Shown here one piece after another: positions 18,009 through 25,239 of a stretch of 32,000 nucleotides of DNA. The stretch's first letter is position 1. Each line of letters opens with the position of its first letter. Under the pieces are notes generated by a model, which worked only from the letters and a program-made list of their open reading frames with translations, was not told the origin of the DNA and did not search any database. Origin of the DNA: an uncultured Verrucomicrobiae bacterium (lineage in GTDB: Bacteria > Verrucomicrobiota > Verrucomicrobiia > Limisphaerales > UBA11358); NCBI GenBank assembly GCA_963827815.1, contig CAWHCL010000005.1, forward strand, positions 172,608-204,607, in the 5' to 3' direction. The position numbers were made by a program, and so were the translations under genes.

Positions 18009-18069
18009 CAACAAAGAAACAAAGTAACGAAAGCCGAAAAAACTTTGTTCCTTGGTTTCTTTGTTGTTC
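18007..18069. repeat. hairpin element, AACAAAG-type family (copy D, best-paired copy)
   Basis: Sequence: AACAACAAAGAAACAAAGTAACGAAAG - CCGAAAAAA - CTTTGTTCCTTGGTTTCTTTGTTGTTC. The outer 14 bp pair perfectly. It starts inside the methyltransferase stop codon and ends 15 nt before the argJ ATG. Confidence 0.85.
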
Positions 18070-18083
18070 AATTTGGTTCCAAA

Positions 18084-19416
18084 ATGAAAGCACAGTTCAA
18101 AGAAATTCCGGGTTCCATTGTCGCGCCGCAAGGTTTTCTGGCCAGCGGCGTGTTTTGCGACATCAAACGTCTCGGCACTGGTAAAGGCTCGAACAAGGGA
18201 CAAAAGCGTGACCTCGCGCTCATCGTCTCGGAAGTGCCGGCAAAGGTTGCCGGAATGTTCACGACAAACCAGGTCTGTGCCGCTCCAGTGAAAGTTTGCG
18301 CCGAACGAGTGAAAAGGGGCATTGCGCAGGCGCTGGTCATAAATTCCGGCAACGCCAATGCCTGTACCGGCAAGCAAGGCTTGAAAGACGCCCGCGAAAT
18401 GACCGCGCTGCTGGCGAAACTCCTGCACATGCCGGCGGAACAGGTTTTGGTCGGCTCGACAGGGCGCATCGGCGTGACAATGCCGATGGCGAATGTTAGG
18501 CGCGGAATTTCTGAAGCCGCGCAACTTCTCGGCAACGCGCCCGCCCAAGCCGATGAAGCCTGCGAAGCCATAATGACCAGCGACACGCGACCCAAGCAGA
18601 TTGCGGTCGAATTCAAGTTGGGCGGCAAAACGGTTCGCATCGGCGGCATTTGCAAGGGCGCGGGAATGATTCAGCCCGGCATGCAGCGCGGATGGAAAAC
18701 GTCCCGCCGCACTACCGCTTCACGCTACGATGCTTTGTTTCATCACAACGGATGCCTCAATTGCTCGCGGCGCGTTGGCGTATGCCTTAAATGAAGCCGT
18801 TGCTCAAAGTTTCAACCGCATCACCGTGGACGGCGACATGAGCACAAACGACACCGTGCTCGTGCTGGCAAATGGGCTGGCGGGAAATAAAAACATCGAA
18901 CATCGAACATCGAACCTCGAACTTCGAATATTCCAAAGTGCTCTGAATCACGTCTGCCTGGAACTGGCGAAAATGATTGTGCGCGATGGCGAAGGCGTTC
19001 ATCGCGTCGTGACGGTGCGGGTGAACGGCGCGAAGACGATTCAGGATGCCGATGCCGCCGCGCGCGCGGTGGCGAACAGCGCGCTGGTGAAGACAAGCTG
19101 GCACGGCGGCGACCCGAATTGGGGCCGCATCATTGACGCGCTCGGCTATTCGCCGGCAAAAATCGTTGAGGAAAAAGTGGACATCGGTTACAGCTCCAGC
19201 GGCGGCAAACAAATTCTTTGGAGCTTGAAACGCGGTCAGCCGACGAAGGCGACGTTCAAGCAACTTTGTATTGCCGCGGCGCCGAAGGAATTTGATCTGC
19301 ACATCAACCTGAATATCGGCAAAGCCGGCGCCGTGATGTATGCCTGCGATTTGACCGAGGAATATGTGGATTTCAACAAAGGTGACGTGGGCGATCCAAG
19401 TTCGCTCGGCGGTTGA
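18084..19416 (+). pseudogene. argJ: bifunctional ornithine acetyltransferase / N-acetylglutamate synthase (argJ), interrupted as written by a +1 frame change between 18684 and 18723 (true pseudogene or assembly indel)
   Basis: Frame 1 (ATG 18084) gives MKAQFKEIPGSIVAPQGFLASGVFCDIK...VINSGNANACTG...GGICKGAGMIQPGM, then nonsense to the stop at 18794. The +1 frame, open from 18670, reads ...ALPLHATMLCFITTDASIARG...RITVDGDMSTNDTVLVLANG...RDGEGVHRVVTVRVNGA..., which is the canonical ArgJ beta chain including the ATML self-cleavage site. Confidence 0.85.
18893..18927. repeat. tandem heptamer array (ACATCGA x3, ACCTCGA, ACTTCGA) inside argJ coding sequence
   Basis: Read directly. It is translated as NIEHRTS/NLELRIF, a 21-nt (7-aa) periodicity, in the variable loop after LANGLAGN. 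Confidence 0.9.
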
Positions 19417-19465
19417 ATCATTTCGGAGATTTGGGGCTCATGGAACTCGCCTCTCCGATGGGAAA

Positions 19466-19495
19466 CAAAAAAGCCGCTGGATTACTCCAGCGGCT
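19466..19495. terminator. bidirectional rho-independent terminator between convergent argJ and ilvC
   Basis: Perfect 9-bp hairpin AGCCGCTGG - ATTACT - CCAGCGGCT (19472-19495). It is preceded by AAAAAA, which is a U6 tail on the minus strand for ilvC, and followed by a weaker TTGAATTT on the plus strand. Confidence 0.7.
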
Positions 19496-19514
19496 TTGAA
19501 TTTCTTACGCGACT

Positions 19515-20612
19515 TTAGTTTGATGCGCGTCCGGTAACGCCCTTGGTGCCTTTGGTGATGGTGCGGGCGGGTTCCTTCGGACGCAGGGCGCGGACGGCCG
19601 CGCCGGCACGCCACATCTCGGAGTTGTGGAGCTGGTCCAGTTCCTTCTGCAACAGCTTCTGGTAATTCGAGCCGCCGCAGGCCGAAAGCACGCGGGCGCA
19701 TTCGCGTCCGTCCTTGACGCGCGCATACAGGTCCTTGAACACCGGCAGCGTCGCCTTCTTGAACTTGGGCTTCCAGTCCAGCGCGCCGCGTTGGGCGGTG
19801 GCGGAGCAGTTGGAATACATCCAGTCCATCCCGTTTTCGTCCACCAGCCGGATGAGGCTCTGGGTGAGTTCCTCGACGGTTTCGTTGAAGGCCTCGCTGG
19901 GCGAGTGGCCGCGGGCGCGGAGCACTTCGTATTGCGCCTCCATGACGCCGGCCAGCGCGCCCATCAAAATGCCGCGTTCGCCGGTGAGGTCGCTGAACAC
20001 CTCGTGCTGGAACGTGGTCGGGAACAAATAGCCGGAGCCGACGCCGATGCCCAGCGCCAGACAGCGATCGGTGGCGCGGCCCGTGTAATCCTGCCCGACG
20101 GCAAAGCTGGAATTGATGCCCGCGCCGGTGAGGAAATTGCGGCGGACGTTCAGGCCGGAGCCCTTGGGCGCGACCATGATCACGTCCACGTTTTTCGGCG
20201 GAATGACGCCGGTCTGGGATTTGTAGGCGATGGAAAAGCCGTGTGAAAAATAAAGCGCGGCGCCGGGCTTGAGGTTTTTCTTCACCATCGGCCAGATCTG
20301 GCGTTGGGCGGCGTCGGAGACCAGCATCTGGATGACGGTGCCCTTCTGCACGGCTTCCTCGATGTCGAACAGGGTTTTGCCGGGCTTCCAGCCGTCGGCT
20401 TTGGCGCGGTTCCAGCCCTTGCCGCCGGGGCGGTTGCCGATGATGACGTTGAAGCCGTTGTCGCGCAGGTTCAGCGCCTGGGCCGGTCCCTGCACGCCGT
20501 AGCCGATGATGGCGATGGTTTCGCTCTTGAGCACCTTGCGGGCGCGGGCCATCGGGAATTCCTTCCGCGTGATGACCTTTTCCTTCGTTCCGCCAAAATC
20601 AATGATTGCCAT
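19515..20612 (-). CDS. ilvC: ketol-acid reductoisomerase
   Basis: 365 aa. IAIIGYGVQGPAQALNLRDNGFNV is the Rossmann motif. Also present: HGFSIAY, VMVAPKGSG, LFPTTFQHEVFSDLTGERGILMGA and SATAQRGALDW. Confidence 0.95.
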   Translation of the reverse strand: MAIIDFGGTKEKVITRKEFPMARARKVLKSETIAIIGYGVQGPAQALNLRDNGFNVIIGNRPGGKGWNRAKADGWKPGKTLFDIEEAVQKGTVIQMLVSDAAQRQIWPMVKKNLKPGAALYFSHGFSIAYKSQTGVIPPKNVDVIMVAPKGSGLNVRRNFLTGAGINSSFAVGQDYTGRATDRCLALGIGVGSGYLFPTTFQHEVFSDLTGERGILMGALAGVMEAQYEVLRARGHSPSEAFNETVEELTQSLIRLVDENGMDWMYSNCSATAQRGALDWKPKFKKATLPVFKDLYARVKDGRECARVLSACGGSNYQKLLQKELDQLHNSEMWRAGAAVRALRPKEPARTITKGTKGVTGRASN

Positions 20613-20671
20613 AATCTGCTCTTTCTTCGATGGGTATTGTTTGTGTTTTTAATTCGTCAAATGAACCGTGA

Positions 20672-20699
20672 ATTCTAGCCGTCTTTGCGGCCAGTCAAA
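20672..20699 (-). promoter_or_regulatory. candidate sigma70-type promoter for ilvC
   Basis: Minus strand reads TTTGAC (20699-20694), a 16-nt spacer, then TAGAAT (20677-20672), about 60 nt upstream of the ilvC ATG. Prediction only. Confidence 0.4.
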
Positions 20700-20735
20700 C
20701 GGAAATGCGGTCCGGTGTTGTCCTAATTTGAATTT

Positions 20736-20870
20736 TCACAGCAGTTTCTTCAAAATGAGGTAGGCCACTCCGTAGATTATCAAGATTGCTCCAACCACTA
20801 TGATCAGGAGTGTTCCCGTGTTAAGCGGGTGTTTATCAACGATTGAATTTACTGCGGTTTCTGGGTTCAT
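20736..20870 (-). CDS. 44-aa hypothetical single-pass membrane peptide
   Basis: My own translation: MNPETAVNSIVDKHPLNTGTLLIIVVGAILIIYGVAYLILKKLL*. It has one strong TM helix. It lies 31 nt after the ilvN stop with AGGGG 7-11 nt upstream. It is too short for the ORF track. No homology evidence. Confidence 0.3.
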   Translation of the reverse strand: MNPETAVNSIVDKHPLNTGTLLIIVVGAILIIYGVAYLILKKLL

Positions 20871-20901
20871 TTCTTGCCCCTAACCATCCTCCAGCGTCTG
20901 A

Positions 20902-21351
20902 TCACTTGCGCGGCAACGCGACTTTGCCCGTGCGCGTGATTTCCTGAACGCCGAAGGAATTCATCAGGCCGATGAACTTTTCCACCTTGCTCTCGGCGCC
21001 GGTGATCTCGATGGTGAGCGTCTTGGGCTGCACGTCCACGATTTTGGCGCGGAAAATGTCCGTGATCTGCATCACCTCGGCGCGCGACTTGGAATCCACC
21101 GCGACCTTCACCAGCACCAGCTCGCGGTCCACGTATTCGCCCTCGCGGAAATTCTGCACCTTGATGGCGTTGGGCAGCTTGTTGAGCTGCTTGACGATCT
21201 GCTCCAGCGTGGCCTCGTCGCCGTGCGTGACGATGGTCATGCGCGAGAGGTTCGGGTCGTGCGTCGGGCCGACGTTGAGCGTGTCAATGTTGTAGCCGCG
21301 GCCGCTGAACAGCCCGGCCACGCGCGTGAGCACGCCGAATTTGTTTTCCAC
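20902..21351 (-). CDS. ilvN: acetolactate synthase small (regulatory) subunit; the 5' end is problematic (see findings)
   Basis: ENKFGVLTRVAGLFSGRGYNIDTLNVGPTHDPNLSRMTIVTHGDE is the ACT domain, followed by the C-terminal ALS_ss_C-like part. In frame, HTISVLV precedes the GTG at 21351 but is cut off by a TGA at 21372-21370. The only nearby ATG (21377) is out of frame. Confidence 0.85.
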   Translation of the reverse strand: MENKFGVLTRVAGLFSGRGYNIDTLNVGPTHDPNLSRMTIVTHGDEATLEQIVKQLNKLPNAIKVQNFREGEYVDRELVLVKVAVDSKSRAEVMQITDIFRAKIVDVQPKTLTIEITGAESKVEKFIGLMNSFGVQEITRTGKVALPRK

Positions 21352-21426
21352 CAGAACTGAAATGGTATGTCAGGCATAAAACCGTTTGGAAACGGAAGAA
21401 GAGGCTAACATCCCAAACGAATGGGG

Positions 21427-23124
21427 TCAATTTGCAAATTGGCTGGCAGAATTCAGTTCTTCGGCTTTGCGCTCGTGAATTGCGGCGCGAGCGGGATCAC
21501 TGACTTTGAAATAGCCGGACAATTGTTGTTGCAAATCATGTTCGACCGACTCGCGCTGCAGCGCATGCCTTGACCATACGAAACTAAGCGCAGCCAATCC
21601 AATCAACAATGCGACAATTCCAGCCGGATTTCTGACCGTTAAATCCATGGTTTCATTGAACAATCCGTATCCGCAAAGGCCAATGAACAACATCAAACCG
21701 CACGACAAGATGGCGATGGAATTCTTCAACAGCCATCGCGAGGCCGCAGCGAAGCGGCCTACGGGAACAAGTGGCGCTCGGGAAAGACAAACCGGAGGCA
21801 AAATGGTTTGTAATTTCGGGTCGCTCAAAACAGTCAACGTAACTTTTGGATCCGGCCGGACAGTCGGTTCCTTGAACAATTCACGCTCATCGCCGGTTTT
21901 GAGAAATGCCTCCGTACGTTCTTCGGCAATGAGATTCCACTCGCGCGTCACCACCAGGACATCGTCCACGATGACCAGCGAAATCCGGCAGAGGCCAAAA
22001 AGAATGACACCCCAGAAAACGAGCGGCATCAAAATCCCGTCCCATTGCTTGATGTGTTCGCGTTCCCAAAACTGCCCGAGCAACACAGATGCAAAGAGGC
22101 TGGCGACAACGAAGATATTCAACACATCCATATACCGGCTACCTGCGACAAACTGCACATAATTAGCCCGGCCGTAGGCTATCATCGTTGACTGCAGCAC
22201 GCTCCACAGCGCCAGGGCCAAAATCAATTCCGCCGCCCTCGTCATATGAAAATCTGGCCGAAGATAAAGCACTAGCAACAGAACGAGCGGCAGCGCGATG
22301 ACAAACACCATTCCCGGAATGTTCAAGAATGGCCAGTTCAGATTATGTGTCAAAGCGGCCGTGAATTCTTGCAATGAATGCGCCTGCAACGGGCGGTTGT
22401 ATTGTGACATGCCAACCATCAATAAACCCAGAACGGTTAATATCACGCACAAGCCCAAGGTGACGGAATCCATTTTCTCCATCCGCCGATTTTTGATCGC
22501 CCTTAAAAGAATCAACCCGCCCGCCGCCATAGGAGCAACCAACCCCGAAGCCATTGTCAACAAACCCAAGACCACCGCGACAAATCCGAGCCACCACCGC
22601 CGACTGCCAACCCTGGCGAAGCCCAGTCCAACGATGGTTGCCAGGGCAAAAATATTCACAAAATACCACATCGAGTTGTATCCCCAAATGGCATTTTCCC
22701 CGCCATAGGGCAGCGCGAAGAAAGGCATCAGCAAAAGACAAACGAGCCACCCGCGTTTTCGACCCAAATAATTCCACAGGCAAAAGGCCAATCCACAGGC
22801 AAATGCGGCATAAATGAAGGCATTAATGGTCATTTGCAGCAATGGATCCCACCGTCCGTTCAGCCGGATAACAAATAAATCGAACAGATTCGTCATCACA
22901 GCCCTGTTGTTGCTGTCAATCGCAAATAAATCGCTTCCGTGCAGGTTTCCTGCCAACCACGGTCGAAAGAGAGAATCGGCTTCATACCATTGATCCCAAA
23001 TCGGAATCGGAGAGCCGTAAAGCCAGACTGCCCAAAGCTGCGCGCCGAGCGCTGTCAGAAATAAAGCAGCGAGCCAGGCGGCAAATTGTCTGAACGATTC
23101 CTCTGCCGGGTGTGGGTTTTGCAT
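21427..23124 (-). CDS. polytopic (about 12+ TM) membrane protein of unknown function; possibly a GT-C-like glycosyltransferase fold (speculative)
   Basis: 565-aa ORF with many hydrophobic helices and a Trp/Tyr-rich first loop (PIPIWDQWYEADSLFRPW). It is visibly more AT-rich than its neighbours. It starts 15 nt after the upstream MBL gene. Confidence 0.65.
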   Translation of the reverse strand: MQNPHPAEESFRQFAAWLAALFLTALGAQLWAVWLYGSPIPIWDQWYEADSLFRPWLAGNLHGSDLFAIDSNNRAVMTNLFDLFVIRLNGRWDPLLQMTINAFIYAAFACGLAFCLWNYLGRKRGWLVCLLLMPFFALPYGGENAIWGYNSMWYFVNIFALATIVGLGFARVGSRRWWLGFVAVVLGLLTMASGLVAPMAAGGLILLRAIKNRRMEKMDSVTLGLCVILTVLGLLMVGMSQYNRPLQAHSLQEFTAALTHNLNWPFLNIPGMVFVIALPLVLLLVLYLRPDFHMTRAAELILALALWSVLQSTMIAYGRANYVQFVAGSRYMDVLNIFVVASLFASVLLGQFWEREHIKQWDGILMPLVFWGVILFGLCRISLVIVDDVLVVTREWNLIAEERTEAFLKTGDERELFKEPTVRPDPKVTLTVLSDPKLQTILPPVCLSRAPLVPVGRFAAASRWLLKNSIAILSCGLMLFIGLCGYGLFNETMDLTVRNPAGIVALLIGLAALSFVWSRHALQRESVEHDLQQQLSGYFKVSDPARAAIHERKAEELNSASQFAN

Positions 23125-23139
23125 CTTTTCAATCGACGG

Positions 23140-23961
23140 TTAAAAGAACGGATTGTGTTCTTTTTCCTCTGACACAGTTGTGATCGGGCCGTGGCCGGGG
23201 CAAAGCAGTGTGTCCGCCGGCAGTGATAAAATTTGTTCGCGCACTTTTTGCCTGGCCAAATCCCACGCGCCATTGCCGTTGCCCATCGAACCAGCGAAAA
23301 TCGCGTCGCCGACGAAGGCGATGAGCGGTGCGTCCTCCTGCCAGTTGCCGACCATGTAAGTCACACCGTCTTCCGCATGGCCGGGCGTTTCGCGGTGCGT
23401 CACGCGCAGACCGCCGAGATGGACGATTTCAGCAGTCTTGTTGCGCTGATCCACCGGGGCATTTTTCGAGCCGGAATGCAACCGCACTTTAGGCCATCCC
23501 TCGCGGATTCTCGGCAGCGCCTCGACATGGTCCCAATGCGAGTGTGTGATGAAAACATGCCGGAGTTGAAGCTGTTCAGTGGCAATGGTTTCAAGAATCG
23601 GCTTTGCATCAAGGCCGGTGTCGAACACCGCCGCGTCGCGGGTGACTTCGTCCCAGACGAGATAAGAATTCACGGTCAACCCTTCGCCCGACGTGGTGAA
23701 CACGCGAATCTCACGCCAGAGGCTTAAGTCCTTTTGCGATGGCAGCCAACCATTGGCGATCGCTTCGAGCTTTTGGGGATTAAGACCAATCAACAGCGCG
23801 AGCCTGGAGAAATTAATTTTCGCATAGGTTTTGCCGGTTTCCTCAAGCTCGGACAATTCAGTTTCGGAAAGGCCTGCCGCGCCCGCCGCAGCGGAGGTTG
23901 ATATGTTATCCATCGTCCGCGCCTTGCGGATGATGTCGCCTAGATGGTCTTCGAGATTCAC
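23140..23961 (-). CDS. HTH (XRE-like) domain fused to an MBL-fold metallo-hydrolase (glyoxalase II-like)
   Basis: The N-terminus LGDIIRKARTMDNISTSAAAGAAGLSETELSELEETGK is HTH-like. The metallo-beta-lactamase motif HVFITHSHWDHVEAL (HxHxDH) follows, with later TPGHAEDG and CPGHGP. Confidence 0.8.
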   Translation of the reverse strand: MNLEDHLGDIIRKARTMDNISTSAAAGAAGLSETELSELEETGKTYAKINFSRLALLIGLNPQKLEAIANGWLPSQKDLSLWREIRVFTTSGEGLTVNSYLVWDEVTRDAAVFDTGLDAKPILETIATEQLQLRHVFITHSHWDHVEALPRIREGWPKVRLHSGSKNAPVDQRNKTAEIVHLGGLRVTHRETPGHAEDGVTYMVGNWQEDAPLIAFVGDAIFAGSMGNGNGAWDLARQKVREQILSLPADTLLCPGHGPITTVSEEKEHNPFF

Positions 23962-24096
23962 AGGCGAAACGTTAGCCGCAGGATGCGCGTTGTCGCAAGC
24001 TTTCGCTGCCTACGAAGCCGAATGAGCGAAACGCCCTGACTGGAGGCATGACATTACATCTGCTGCAGCCCGGCGGGACGCACGATTTTGATTGCG

Positions 24097-25227
24097 TCAG
24101 TTGTTCGGGTCCACGATGTGGATGTCAATGCCCGGCGCGTGGTGCATGAAAAACTCAAGGACGTTAGGGCGCGTGAACTGCCACCAGTGCCGTTCCGTCG
24201 TGCCGAGCACGACCAGATTGACATCATTTTCGCGGCAATACTTCAGCAGCGCCTCGCAAACATCTTCGCTCTCCAGCACCGTGACGCTGCCACCGAGCTC
24301 GGTGGCAAGCTGGACATTCTGCATGAATTGCCGTTGCAAATCCGACGGGATCCGCATCGGATCCTCCTTTTTGCGCCGCACGTAAACCGCCATCCATTCG
24401 CGGTTCAATCGCCCGGCCATTCGTGATGCCGCGCGCAACAACCTCGCCGTTGTCACCGGATTCGTGCTGATGAATACGGCGATTTTTTCGCTGACCTTCG
24501 GCGGCGACTTCGTGCCGATGCGCGGGCGCTGGTCGAGCGCATTGGCGGTTTCGCGCAGGGCCAGTTCGCGCAGTTCGTTCAGGTTATTTTCCGTGAAAAA
24601 ATTCTCCAGTGCGGCGGCGGCGCGGTCGGCGGGATAGATTTTTCCCAGCTTCAGCCGCTCGCGCAACTCCTCGGCCGTCAAATCCACGTTCACGACCTGG
24701 TCTGCCTCCAGCACAAAGCGGTCGGGCACGCGCTCCCGCACGTCCACGCCCGTCGCCCTCAACACCGTGTCGTGCAGGCTTTCAAGATGCTGGATGTTCA
24801 TCGCGGTGATGACATTAATGCCGGCGAGCAGCAAGTCATGCACCTCCAGATAACGTTTGGGATGCTGCGAACCGGCCACGTTCGTGAACGGCAGTTCATC
24901 CACGACGCAAACGGTCGGGTAGCGCTTGAATATGGCGTCAACATCGAGGACTTCAACCATGTGGCCGTTGTGTTCGACCTGTTTTCGCGGGATGATTTCC
25001 AGCCCTTCGAGCAGCGCCTCGGTTTCCTTGCGGCCATGGGTGTCCACCCAGCCGATGACCACGTCCACGCCCGCCTTTTTCAGCCGATGCGCTTCTTCGA
25101 GCATCGCATAGGTTTTGCCGACACCCGCCGCGTGGCCGAGATAAATTTTTAGCTTTCCCAGCCTGCTCTTTTCGATAAGCCGGAGAAAATCTTCCGGCTT
25201 CAACCGTTCAATGGCTGGCGGTTCCAT
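24097..25227 (-). CDS. kdpD: truncated KdpD: KdpD N-terminal (P-loop) domain plus Usp domain only, with no TM or histidine-kinase part
   Basis: 376 aa. GKLKIYLGHAAGVGKTYAMLEEAHRLKKAGVDVVIGWVDTHGRKETEALLEGLE and INVITAMNIQHLESLHD are KdpD_N hallmarks. The C-terminal part (KIAVFISTNP...VVLGTT...) is Usp-like. The ORF stops right after it, and it lies directly downstream of kdpC. Confidence 0.85.
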   Translation of the reverse strand: MEPPAIERLKPEDFLRLIEKSRLGKLKIYLGHAAGVGKTYAMLEEAHRLKKAGVDVVIGWVDTHGRKETEALLEGLEIIPRKQVEHNGHMVEVLDVDAIFKRYPTVCVVDELPFTNVAGSQHPKRYLEVHDLLLAGINVITAMNIQHLESLHDTVLRATGVDVRERVPDRFVLEADQVVNVDLTAEELRERLKLGKIYPADRAAAALENFFTENNLNELRELALRETANALDQRPRIGTKSPPKVSEKIAVFISTNPVTTARLLRAASRMAGRLNREWMAVYVRRKKEDPMRIPSDLQRQFMQNVQLATELGGSVTVLESEDVCEALLKYCRENDVNLVVLGTTERHWWQFTRPNVLEFFMHHAPGIDIHIVDPNN

Positions 25228-25239
25228 GCGGCAAAGAAA

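Noticed and set aside
17145-18548. 467-aa minus-strand ORF, the longest unexplained ORF in the track
   Set aside because: It lies antisense to the well-supported methyltransferase and argJ genes. Its translation is Arg/His/Gly-rich and low in complexity, with no recognisable motifs. This is a typical shadow ORF in GC-rich DNA.
21382-21395. CCGTTTGGAAACGG palindrome followed (minus strand) by TTTT, as a terminator between the membrane-protein gene and ilvN
   Set aside because: The stem is only 5-6 bp, the loop is 2-4 nt and the U-run is short. That is too weak to call. It may still modulate read-through into ilvN.
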